64,000 bases of DNA. It comes from an uncultured Bacteriovoracaceae bacterium (lineage in GTDB: Bacteria; Bdellovibrionota; Bacteriovoracia; Bacteriovoracales; Bacteriovoracaceae). The notes beneath the pieces are model-generated. The model saw only the letters and a list, made by a program, of their open reading frames with translations, was not told where the DNA came from and searched no databases. Position numbers and translations under genes: made by a program. The stretch covers positions 1 through 64,000 of the forward strand of contig CAXGUD010000006.1 in the NCBI GenBank assembly GCA_964012805.1, read 5' to 3'. Shown here piece by piece: positions 37,907-47,122 of this stretch; the stretch's first letter is position 1; every line of letters begins with the position of its first letter.

Positions 37907-39111
37907 TGCTTTTTTCACTGGCCTTTCGAAACTTAGCAAGAAATTTTAGAAGAACATTAGCAATGGTCTTAACTATAGGAATAGGAACTGGTGCCCTTTT
38001 GGTTTTTAAGGGATTTAATGTTGGGATCATGAACCAGTATAGAGATAATACAATTCATGCTCGCTACGGTCATGGTCAAATCAATATGAAAGGTTATCAT
38101 AACTCCGTTTATGAGAAGCCTTGGAAGCATTGGATAGAAGATTATGACTCGCTTAAAAAGAACCTCTCAAAAGTCCCTGGTGTTAAACTTCTTTTTCCAA
38201 GAGTCAATTTCTTTTCGCTTTTAACCAACGGGGAAATGAACATAAGTGGAAAGGGTCAAGGAGTCGATGGTTCGGCTGAATTTTCCTTTTTTAATACCCT
38301 TAATATTGTTGAAGGTAAAAATTTATCAGATGAGAAAGAAGGAATCATTTTAGGAAAAGGACTTGCCAGGGCCCTTAATGCAAAAATTGGTGATCGGATA
38401 ACTGTTTTGGGAAGTACTATTTATGGAAGCATGAATGCTGTTGATACATACGTAACAGGAATTTTTCATACAGGCAGTAAGGAGTTTGACGATAGTGTTT
38501 TTAGAATTCAACTTGACCTTGCACACCTTTTACTTGATACGAAAAAAGTTGAATCCGTTTCCCTAGGCATGAAAGGCCTCGGCTTATGGAAAAGTATAGA
38601 AGACTTTGTTGCTGATAGTGATATAGATCTGGAAAGTATTCCTTTTCATGTTTTGGATAAGGTATATTATCAACACTCAGTTGACTGGTTAGATGCTCAA
38701 TTTGGCGTTATTCAAATTATTATTTTAGTCATTGTTATCTTAGGTATTTTTAATACAGTTTCAACATCAATTCTTGAAAGGCGTCAGGAAGTAGGAAACT
38801 TAAGGGCGAATGGTGAAAGTAGGATTGAGGTTTTAAAGCTTTTTAGTAACGAAGGTTTTTTAGTTGGTGTTTTTGGGGCCATTTTTGGTATTATTGTTGT
38901 ATACGCAATAAATTTAAGTTTTTTAAAAGACGGTATTTTAATGCCTCCGGCGCCTGGTTTAACTAGGCAATTCCACGTTAAAATTGAGTTACAAGAATGG
39001 ATGGCCGTTCAGACATTTATTATTGGGACAGTAACGAGTTTTGTGGCCACATTTTTGGCCTCTCTAAGAGTTATCAATCAAAAAATATCTGATCTTTTAA
39101 GATCTGTTTAG
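37906..39111 (+). CDS. ABC transporter permease (LolE/FtsX-like)
   Basis: LAFRNLARNFRRT, one TM + large periplasmic domain + three TMs, ERRQEVGNLRANG. Confidence 0.9.
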   Translation: MLFSLAFRNLARNFRRTLAMVLTIGIGTGALLVFKGFNVGIMNQYRDNTIHARYGHGQINMKGYHNSVYEKPWKHWIEDYDSLKKNLSKVPGVKLLFPRVNFFSLLTNGEMNISGKGQGVDGSAEFSFFNTLNIVEGKNLSDEKEGIILGKGLARALNAKIGDRITVLGSTIYGSMNAVDTYVTGIFHTGSKEFDDSVFRIQLDLAHLLLDTKKVESVSLGMKGLGLWKSIEDFVADSDIDLESIPFHVLDKVYYQHSVDWLDAQFGVIQIIILVIVILGIFNTVSTSILERRQEVGNLRANGESRIEVLKLFSNEGFLVGVFGAIFGIIVVYAINLSFLKDGILMPPAPGLTRQFHVKIELQEWMAVQTFIIGTVTSFVATFLASLRVINQKISDLLRSV

Positions 39112-39127
39112 GATAAGGAAGGTTCAA

Positions 39128-40054
39128 ATGCTAAAAATCGTAAGGGTATTTTTATTTTTAGGGTTATTTGCTTTTTTATCAAACCCTTTGGTTTCTCAAG
39201 AAAAGGAGAGTGAGGCGAGTAGTGAACCTATAAAGGAAGACAAAGTAGATGTATCACCAAAAGATGAAAAAATAGGAGACGTATCTGGAGAAGTTTCTGA
39301 AGAAGATGGTGATAAAAATGCAGCTGAAGAAAAAGTTTCAGCACCTATCGTCACTGAAGAAGTTCCTGAAGACGTTTCCGGTCGGTTACCAGCATCTGTA
39401 GAAGGTCCATCTGCAGAAGATATTTTAAAAAGAGCTGATGAAGTACGCAATCCTTCTGACTCATTTTTTATGAAGGTTAAAGTTACAAATAAAGGGGAAG
39501 AAGAGAAACCTAGTCAATTCGACGTTTCAATAAAAGGTAATAATAGAACTTTAATTAAAACTCTTCTTCCTAAGAGGGATAGAGGAAGAAACCTTCTGAT
39601 GCTTGATGAAAATATGTGGGTTTTTATTCCTAACTTAAAAAGAAGTGTTAGAGTTGGACTTTCTCAAAAATTAACGGGTCAAGCTGCTAATGGGGATATA
39701 AGCCGAATGAGGTGGAGTGGAGACTATACTCCAAAGCTTTTAAAAGAGACGAAAAAGAGTTGGTTACTTCACCTACAGGCGAAAAAGAAAGGTTTAACGT
39801 ATGAACAACTTAAGGTCCTTATATCTAAAAAAGGATTCAGGCCCAGACAGGCCCATTTGATGAGTGTTTCTGGTAAACTTTTAAAAAAGATTTATTACCA
39901 GGGGTATAAAAAATTGGCAGGTCGTTTAAGGCCTAGTCAAATGAACATAGTTGACGCTATAAATGATAATAAGAAGTCACTTATAGAAATCGAAGAGATG
40001 GAAGCAAGGGATTTTCAAACTGCCCTTTTTAATAAGAGGAACCTCGCTGAATGA
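39128..40054 (+). CDS. LolA-like outer-membrane lipoprotein-sorting protein with acidic N-terminal extension
   Basis: Signal peptide, E/D/S-rich linker, ILKRAD, GRNLLMLDENMWVFIP and GQAANGD. Confidence 0.8.
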   Translation: MLKIVRVFLFLGLFAFLSNPLVSQEKESEASSEPIKEDKVDVSPKDEKIGDVSGEVSEEDGDKNAAEEKVSAPIVTEEVPEDVSGRLPASVEGPSAEDILKRADEVRNPSDSFFMKVKVTNKGEEEKPSQFDVSIKGNNRTLIKTLLPKRDRGRNLLMLDENMWVFIPNLKRSVRVGLSQKLTGQAANGDISRMRWSGDYTPKLLKETKKSWLLHLQAKKKGLTYEQLKVLISKKGFRPRQAHLMSVSGKLLKKIYYQGYKKLAGRLRPSQMNIVDAINDNKKSLIEIEEMEARDFQTALFNKRNLAE

Positions 40055-41259
40055 TTCCAAAAAAAGGTCTTCTTTGGACCTTTATAAGTTGTCTTTTTCT
40101 AATAGGTGTCTCAAAAGCTGAACGAGGTACTGTTAAGATTGGTGGTGAGTTCGGTATGAGATCATCTTATCTCTATGGGGAAGATGATTTTTCTTTAAAG
40201 AGGCCCTACGCTCACGTAAAAGCCCATTTTAAAAATTTTGGGAATGATGAGGTTACACAAGAAGTGTCTATCTCCTCAAGGTTTTTGTTAGATGACGAGG
40301 CCTCTAAATCAGATACTTTGACAGAAGCTACGTACAAAATTGTGAGAGAAAACTCTACTTTCACATTTGGTCTTCAGGAAATAGGGTGGGGAGAAACTTT
40401 TGGTATTTATCCTCTCGACTTTGTAAATGCCAGAAATTTTGAAGATCCTTTTATTTCAGATTTAAAGTGGACGAGAATTCCTGTGTTTGCTCTCAATTAT
40501 GAGTATCTTGGAGAAAAGTTTAGTGGACAATTAATCGCTATTCCAAAACCTAAAAATAGCATATTTCCCTCTAAAGGAGATACCTTCGACACAACCCCTA
40601 CGAGTTTTGCCCATCTAGAAAGAGAAGATATGGCCACCCCTCAACTCATTTACGATTCGGAAATTGGTGGCCGGCTTGGTTATCTTTTTGACTTTGGTCT
40701 AGATGTCGACTTTTATTACTTTTATCACCGGAATCGAAACTTAGCCTTGGATATAAAAAATGGTACGACCTTGAGTCCTGTATTTAAACAAATTCATTCA
40801 ACAGGATTAAGTAGTACTTTTGCAACAGGGGATTTTGTTTTTCGCTTAGATTTTGTAAATCATTTTAATAGACCTGTTAATGATCCAGAAACACTTGCTG
40901 TTAAATATCTAAATAATATGATTGGTGTTTTCGGTTTTGACTTTTCAACCGAGAGTAAATTCCAACTTGGCCTTCAATACCATCATGATTCTTTTACAGA
41001 GTTTTACTATAACTGGGTAAGTTCACAAATGAGCTTCCCTTTATTTGGTGATTGGATGGAATTAAGTTTTTTTGTTTTTTGGGGACTTAATAACCAAGAT
41101 CTTTGGTATCAGCCGACCATGAAGCTTTTTATGAGTGATCAATTATCAATGTCAATTTGGGCAGACATCATTGAGAAACAAGAACCTAAAAAGGCAGGTC
41201 AGATTAGCAGCTTTTCAGAGCATGATAGAGTCTTTCTTGATGTTAGTTGGCAATTTTAG
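40051..41259 (+). CDS. Putative outer-membrane beta-barrel (DUF1302-like)
   Basis: Signal peptide, GLQEIGWG...LDFVN, amphipathic strands, C-terminal DVSWQF; ATGA overlap with the upstream gene. Confidence 0.65.
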   Translation: MIPKKGLLWTFISCLFLIGVSKAERGTVKIGGEFGMRSSYLYGEDDFSLKRPYAHVKAHFKNFGNDEVTQEVSISSRFLLDDEASKSDTLTEATYKIVRENSTFTFGLQEIGWGETFGIYPLDFVNARNFEDPFISDLKWTRIPVFALNYEYLGEKFSGQLIAIPKPKNSIFPSKGDTFDTTPTSFAHLEREDMATPQLIYDSEIGGRLGYLFDFGLDVDFYYFYHRNRNLALDIKNGTTLSPVFKQIHSTGLSSTFATGDFVFRLDFVNHFNRPVNDPETLAVKYLNNMIGVFGFDFSTESKFQLGLQYHHDSFTEFYYNWVSSQMSFPLFGDWMELSFFVFWGLNNQDLWYQPTMKLFMSDQLSMSIWADIIEKQEPKKAGQISSFSEHDRVFLDVSWQF

Positions 41260-41418
41260 GGGAAGATTTTCAGTTTACAATAAAGTCAAGTAAAGAGCAT
41301 TAAAAGTTTCGGTAAAGATTTTATCCAAAAAATTTCTTATAAAACTACTGGCCAACAGTCTTTCTTAAAGGCACTATCGGGGCATCGATTTTGGCAACCT
41401 TTATTAAGGCGGCGAGGC

Positions 41419-43014
41419 ATGTGCGGAATCATTGGCCTTTTCGAAAAATCATCAGTTTCAAGTCACAACGGTGTTTCACCGAATCATAATAGCGCAAAGA
41501 AATTGGTTAAGGCCCTCAAACTTCTTCAGCATAGGGGGCAAGATGCAGCTGGGCTTCTTTCGTCTCGAATAAAAAACGACCACTTCGTTGTAAAGAAAGG
41601 CCCTGGTTTTGTATCAGAAGTTTTTTCAGGCCTGCCTGAAAAAGATTTTTGTGAGCTCGATGGTCAAATTCTACTAGGTCATACCAGGTATGAAACAGTG
41701 GGAGGCCCTTCAGAGTTAAATATACCACCTTTCCAAGCTGTACATTCTGACACAAATTTTAGCGAAGGTGCGGTTAACAACTCTTCGGAAAAAGAAAAAA
41801 CTCCCTCTATGGGGATTGTTCACAACGGGAATATTGTTAATTATTTTTCTCTTAAAGAAGAGCTGGAAGGGGCTTCCGAAGGACAAAGGACCTTCTTGAA
41901 AGGTCAAAATGATGGTGAATTAATGCTTCGACTCTTTCAATCTTTTTTTATGGAAGAGTCTCATTCTCCCAAAACTTTTAATAGGCGCTCTCCATTTTTG
42001 ATTATCCAAACATGTATGAGACGGCTGTCTGAAAAAGTTGAGGGGGGATATGCACTCCTTCTGATTATTGAGGATGTGGGACTTGTGGCCTTCCGAGATC
42101 CTTATGGAATCAGACCCCTCGTTTATGGAAAGGATAAAAAAGGTCATATTTGTTTTTCTTCTGAAACGATTGCTTTAGAAGGAATAGGTTATCAATTCGA
42201 GAGAGAAGTTAGACCTGGTGAAGTCATTTTTATCGGTTTTAATGGTACCTTCAAGTCGGCCAAACTCGCTTTTAGCGGCTATCAAAAAAAAGATCCTATA
42301 AAAGAAGCGCCCTGCATGTTTGAACGAATTTATTTCGCTTCTTCAAAAAGTCAGGTTCAAGGCGCGTTGGTTAAAAATACCCGGCGTCGTTTAGGAAGGG
42401 TTCTTGCGGAAAAAGTATTGGAAAAGAATAAGTTCTTTGACCATTATGACGCAGTTTCGGCTATCCCGGAAACAGGCCTTGACGCTGCTTATGGAGTGGC
42501 CGAATGTTTAAAACTACCTATGGTTGAAGGCATTCTTAAGGTGCAAAAAAGTGGCAGGACTTTTATTTTACCGGGAAATAAAAGAGGCACTGCTTTAAAA
42601 CAAAAGTTCATTGTCAGGGAATCAGAGATAAAGGGTAAGAGGCTTCTTTTGGTTGATGATAGTTTGGTGAGGGGAGCGACTCTTAAAAGTCTTATCTTTG
42701 AGCTGAAGAAAAAGGGGGCCAAAGAACTCTCTTTGGCATTTTCTTGCCCACCAATACAATTTGGTTGCTTTTATGGAGTTGACTTCCCGGAAAAAAATGA
42801 ATTGCTTGCCAACCAAAAAAGTCATCAAGAAATGACTACTTTTCTTGGTGTAAATGACCTTTTCTTTCTCAACGAAGGTGATTTATTAAATGTTTTCGAT
42901 GGACGTGACCATTGTTTTGGCTGTGTCACAAAAAAATATCCGACTAAGCTCAAAGAGGGGATTGCTTTTGCCCGAAAAAGGACGGCTGAAAAAAGTATTT
43001 TAGGAATAGTTTAG
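41419..43014 (+). CDS. purF: Amidophosphoribosyltransferase (Fe-S type)
   Basis: N-terminal MCG, LQHRGQD, GHTRY, HNGN, VDDSLVRG and four Fe-S Cys. Confidence 0.95.
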   Translation: MCGIIGLFEKSSVSSHNGVSPNHNSAKKLVKALKLLQHRGQDAAGLLSSRIKNDHFVVKKGPGFVSEVFSGLPEKDFCELDGQILLGHTRYETVGGPSELNIPPFQAVHSDTNFSEGAVNNSSEKEKTPSMGIVHNGNIVNYFSLKEELEGASEGQRTFLKGQNDGELMLRLFQSFFMEESHSPKTFNRRSPFLIIQTCMRRLSEKVEGGYALLLIIEDVGLVAFRDPYGIRPLVYGKDKKGHICFSSETIALEGIGYQFEREVRPGEVIFIGFNGTFKSAKLAFSGYQKKDPIKEAPCMFERIYFASSKSQVQGALVKNTRRRLGRVLAEKVLEKNKFFDHYDAVSAIPETGLDAAYGVAECLKLPMVEGILKVQKSGRTFILPGNKRGTALKQKFIVRESEIKGKRLLLVDDSLVRGATLKSLIFELKKKGAKELSLAFSCPPIQFGCFYGVDFPEKNELLANQKSHQEMTTFLGVNDLFFLNEGDLLNVFDGRDHCFGCVTKKYPTKLKEGIAFARKRTAEKSILGIV

Positions 43015-43077
43015 GTCAAATATATAAAAGTATAGAATATTAAAGCTTTAAATCCAGATCTAAAGGTAGGTGAAAAA

Positions 43078-43809
43078 ATGAAAGGTATTGTGTTGTATGG
43101 AAGTCAAAGTGACAGAGTTTTTTATGAAGAGTGTTTGGAAAAATTAAAACCTCATTCAGAGTTTATTTTTGAAGTTTTGAGTGCCCACAGAGATGCCGAA
43201 AAGTTGCGCTTATTATGTCAAAAAATGGACGCACAATATGTCATTGCTGGAGCTGGATTGTCCGCAGCATTGCCTGGCTGTGTGGCATCGCAAACAAAAG
43301 TTCCTGTTTTTGGAGTACCGCTTCCCTCATGCTTTGGTGGACTTGATGCCTTTTTGACATCGCTACAAATGCCTAAGGGTACGCCAGTAGCAACATGTGC
43401 TCCTTACAACGAAGATTCGATAATAAAATTTATTGAAAACATTGGGGATGATAGATGGGCTAAAGAAACAAGAGTTAATATTTACGTTGATGCTCTTGTA
43501 CAGCCCTATGAGTATGTTGATAAGGTTCTTAAAGATACAATCAATTTATCAGAAAAAGAAAACATCCAATTAGAAATCACCAATAAATATAACCCAGACT
43601 GCTGGAATATCCTATTAGTCCACCAAGAAAAAGAAATTGTCCTAAAGCCAAATTGTTTGCATGTTCCAATGATGAATAAACAGACGGTGGATAATCCAAG
43701 CAGGGCCCTAAGTCTTTTTAGTTTAGCTGGAAATGGAGGACTTTGGTTTGGAGTGAATAACTGCATTAATGCGCTTCGCTGGCTTAAAAGAGGCTTTGAG
43801 TCTTTTTAG
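43078..43809 (+). CDS. purE: PurE-family AIR carboxylase/N5-CAIR mutase with C-terminal extension
   Basis: GSQSD, SAHR, AGAGLSAALPG, PVFGVP and QMPKGTPVA. Confidence 0.88.
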   Translation: MKGIVLYGSQSDRVFYEECLEKLKPHSEFIFEVLSAHRDAEKLRLLCQKMDAQYVIAGAGLSAALPGCVASQTKVPVFGVPLPSCFGGLDAFLTSLQMPKGTPVATCAPYNEDSIIKFIENIGDDRWAKETRVNIYVDALVQPYEYVDKVLKDTINLSEKENIQLEITNKYNPDCWNILLVHQEKEIVLKPNCLHVPMMNKQTVDNPSRALSLFSLAGNGGLWFGVNNCINALRWLKRGFESF

Positions 43810-43851
43810 AAAAAAGTTTAGGGCTCTTCTTTTTTATTTGAGGGAGGAAAT

Positions 43852-45162
43852 ATGAGTTTTGTAAGTAATGAAAGTAGCAAGCATTTAAATAAAATGATTC
43901 CAGATGTTTACCGACTTGGCTCCGTAAAGAAAATTAGGGGTGTAGAGGGATGTACTCCTTGGCTTTTTGATTTCTCCGATCATTATTCTCTTTTTGATTG
44001 GGGAAAAATGCCGGATGAGCTTCCCTTAAAAGGGAAGAGTCTTGCTCTTATGAGCCTGGCCATTTATGACTACTTAGAAGACTCTAACTCTTGGGAATCA
44101 TTAGATGATTTTCCTGGTCATATAGACTCGAAGTCGATCACTCATTCTTGTTTAGAGTGGCTGAAGAAAAACGGACTTAAAACACATTTGAAAGGTGCTT
44201 GGAATGAAAAAGGGCCTATCAATCTTAAAAATAATAAAGAGTGGGAAAGGTTAGAAACCAAAGGTCCTCTTTATTTGGATTTTACTCCTTTTAAAGTTCA
44301 AAAACCGAAATGGAGTGATGACTTAAGTTTCTGGGATTACTCTTGTTTTAAAAAACCTCAATTAAAAGGTTTCGTTCCTTTGGAAGTTGTTTTTCGTTTT
44401 GGCCTTCCTGAAGGAAGCTCGTTTCGAAAAAGAATCAAAGATAGACCTTACTTGGAGGAGGTTTTACAAACTCTTCCCGAGTCTTATTCAAATAAATTTA
44501 TGGAAGATCTATGTAATGGCCAATATGATAATGGGCTTTGGGACTTTCCAATTATAGAGTTTTCGACCAAGTGGGAGCCTGAAGACCGTTTTGTAACCTA
44601 CGGAGAAGCCCAAGAGATATCAGGTCTAAGTGATGGAGAATGGGCGGCTTTTATCGAGTGGAACCGGCTTGTGGCCATTAAATTGCGTTCCTTTTTTAAA
44701 AAAATTGACCTTGTGCTTTGGGATGGGAAATGTGAGTGGGGGGCCACAAACGAGGAAGGGCCATTTCCTGGTCAAAGGAATTTTGTTTTGGCCGACAGTT
44801 TGGGACCTGATGAGCTCCGTTTGACTTATAAGGGGAAATCCCTTTCTAAAGAAATTTTAAGAACTTCTTATAGAAAAACAAAATGGGCCAAGTATGTGTC
44901 ATTGGCCAAAGAAGAATCAAGGTCGAAAGGACTGAAGGATTGGAAAGACTATTTTTATAAATCTAATTTTCCAGTGAATTCAGAACCACCTTCTTTAGAG
45001 AAAGAGCATAAAAATGTTTTTTCAATGATTTATCAGACTTTATCTAATCATGTTTGTAAACAAGTCTATCAAAAAGTGCCTTTCCCTGAAGCCATGGCTT
45101 TAGATGATTTAGTAAGGGCCATATCAAGCCTGGAGTCTAATAAGTCGGAGGGGGATGAGTGA
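43852..45162 (+). CDS. purC: SAICAR synthetase (long form)
   Basis: GSVK, SLFDWGKMP, PLEVVFR, FSTKWE, DGKCE and ADSLGPDELR. Confidence 0.9.
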   Translation: MSFVSNESSKHLNKMIPDVYRLGSVKKIRGVEGCTPWLFDFSDHYSLFDWGKMPDELPLKGKSLALMSLAIYDYLEDSNSWESLDDFPGHIDSKSITHSCLEWLKKNGLKTHLKGAWNEKGPINLKNNKEWERLETKGPLYLDFTPFKVQKPKWSDDLSFWDYSCFKKPQLKGFVPLEVVFRFGLPEGSSFRKRIKDRPYLEEVLQTLPESYSNKFMEDLCNGQYDNGLWDFPIIEFSTKWEPEDRFVTYGEAQEISGLSDGEWAAFIEWNRLVAIKLRSFFKKIDLVLWDGKCEWGATNEEGPFPGQRNFVLADSLGPDELRLTYKGKSLSKEILRTSYRKTKWAKYVSLAKEESRSKGLKDWKDYFYKSNFPVNSEPPSLEKEHKNVFSMIYQTLSNHVCKQVYQKVPFPEAMALDDLVRAISSLESNKSEGDE

Positions 45163-46514
45163 GCTCTTTAAATAAAATAATAATTATTGGCTCTGGTGGG
45201 AGAGAGCAGGCGATGGCCTTTAAGTTGGCCCAATCAAGTGAAGTCAGCTTAATTTATGTATGTCCTGATCCAAAAACACCCTTTCCTTCGGAGAAAATAA
45301 AAGGGCTGGATTTGAATCCAAATCATTTTGAGGAATTAGGTCATTATGCCTTGGAAGAGGAAATAGACCTTGTTGTTGTTGGTCCAGAAGTTCCCCTTGT
45401 AAATGGTGTTGTCGACTTTTTGGAAAGGAAAGGCATTTCTGTTTTGGGGCCCTCAAAAGAGGGGGCTAAGTTAGAGGGGTCAAAGCATTTTTCTAAACAG
45501 CTAATGAAAGAATCTGAAATCCCAACTGCAAAATTTAAGAATGCCTCTTCTTACGAAGAAGGACTTGAGTACCTTGAGAAGGTCAATGAATCGGGCTTGG
45601 TTGATTTAGGTGTTGTTATTAAGGCCGACAAATTAGCGGCAGGGAAAGGGGTATTTCTTTGTAACTCAGAAAATGAGGCCAGGGATGTCCTTTTTAAAAT
45701 TATGAAAGATGAGTCCTTTGTAATTAAGGATAATAAAGTCGTTATCGAGGAAAAACTTTTTGGAAAAGAAATTTCAGCCTTCGCTCTTTGCGATGGCGAC
45801 TCCTTTTTAACTCTTGGGTTTGCAAGGGATTACAAGAGGTTGAAAGATTGTGATGAGGGACCCAATACAGGCGGAATGGGAGGCTTCTCTAACCCTGAAC
45901 TTGTAAATGAGATCCTTCAAAAGGAAATTGAGGAAAACGTTTTTTCTAAAACCTTAAACTCGTTGAAAAGTCGTGGAATTCATTACAAAGGAATTCTGTT
46001 TGCGGGCCTTATGATAGACCCAAGTGGTGTGGTTAATGTTCTTGAGTTTAATGTTAGGATGGGAGATCCAGAAGCTCAAATCCTCCTACCCCTTGTGAAA
46101 GAAGATTTATTTCCTCTTTTTAAGGCCGCTGCAGATGGTGAATTGTTAGAGCTTATAAAAAGAAGACCTCCATCTTTAAAAAATAAAGTTCACATGAAAA
46201 GTGAGAGCTCTGTTCATGTTGTTATGGTTTCAGAAGGTTACCCTATTTTAGAAAAGGGAAGAAACATGAAGCTAGAACAGCCTATCAGCTTTCCTCAAGT
46301 CAATCAGAGAAAAGAGGCCTTAACTTATTGCTTTTTAAGTGGTGCTATGAAGGAAAATGAAGGGAATAGACTTTTAAATAGTAGTGGTCGAGTTTTGGGA
46401 ATCACAGGTCTTGGGTTAAACCTTAAAGAAGCTCGCGAAAGGGCCTATGAAAGAGTTCACCAAACTAATTTTGAAGGGGCTCACTATAGAAGTGATATTG
46501 CGCTTAATCTTTGA
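45159..46514 (+). CDS. purD: Phosphoribosylamine--glycine ligase
   Basis: GSGGRE, VGPEVPL, LEGSK, GPNTGGMG and EFNVRMGDPE. Confidence 0.95.
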   Translation: MSSLNKIIIIGSGGREQAMAFKLAQSSEVSLIYVCPDPKTPFPSEKIKGLDLNPNHFEELGHYALEEEIDLVVVGPEVPLVNGVVDFLERKGISVLGPSKEGAKLEGSKHFSKQLMKESEIPTAKFKNASSYEEGLEYLEKVNESGLVDLGVVIKADKLAAGKGVFLCNSENEARDVLFKIMKDESFVIKDNKVVIEEKLFGKEISAFALCDGDSFLTLGFARDYKRLKDCDEGPNTGGMGGFSNPELVNEILQKEIEENVFSKTLNSLKSRGIHYKGILFAGLMIDPSGVVNVLEFNVRMGDPEAQILLPLVKEDLFPLFKAAADGELLELIKRRPPSLKNKVHMKSESSVHVVMVSEGYPILEKGRNMKLEQPISFPQVNQRKEALTYCFLSGAMKENEGNRLLNSSGRVLGITGLGLNLKEARERAYERVHQTNFEGAHYRSDIALNL

Positions 46515-46534
46515 GAAGGTCATTGGGAAAAAAA

Positions 46535-47122
46535 ATGAAAGCCGTTATTCTAGCGAGTGGAGAGGGAACAAATGCTGAAAATATTGTTTCCTTTTTCCAA
46601 AATAAAAAGGAATGTCTTGAAGTCCTAGGAATCATTAGTGATAAGGCGGGTTCTGGAGTCCTTGAGAGGGCAAAAGGTTGGGATATTCCAACGGCACTTA
46701 TTGAAAAAAAATCAATGAAAAGGTCAATGCATGAAAGAGAAATATACCGCCAGGTAAAGGAGTGGGGAGGTCATTGGCTCCTTCTGGCAGGGTACATGAG
46801 AATACTAGGGCCACATTTTATTTCCAGATTTTACGATGAAAAAAGAGGCCATTCGAGAATAATTAACATTCACCCCTCTTTGCTACCATCTTTCAGAGGC
46901 TTAAGGGCCTATGAGAGGGCCTTTGAGGCGAAGGCCCCTTTTTCGGGAGTAAGCGTTCATTTTGTTGATGAGGGAATGGACACCGGTCAGCTTATCCTTC
47001 AAAAAAAATTCAACCGCCTTCAAGAAGACAGCTTTGAAGATTTTAAAAAGAGGGGACAGCACTTAGAGCATATTGCTTATATTGAGGCCATATTTAAAGT
47101 ACTTAAAGGGGATTACAGGTGA
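46535..47122 (+). CDS. purN: Phosphoribosylglycinamide formyltransferase
   Basis: ASGEGTN, LAGYMRIL, NIHPSLLP and VDEGMDTG; an alternative TTG start at 46511 overlaps purD. Confidence 0.93.
   Translation: MKAVILASGEGTNAENIVSFFQNKKECLEVLGIISDKAGSGVLERAKGWDIPTALIEKKSMKRSMHEREIYRQVKEWGGHWLLLAGYMRILGPHFISRFYDEKRGHSRIINIHPSLLPSFRGLRAYERAFEAKAPFSGVSVHFVDEGMDTGQLILQKKFNRLQEDSFEDFKKRGQHLEHIAYIEAIFKVLKGDYR

Noticed and set aside
41260..41418. Purine, ZTP or PRPP riboswitch upstream of purF
   Set aside because: No recognisable consensus or expression-platform terminator by eye; an Rfam scan would be decisive.
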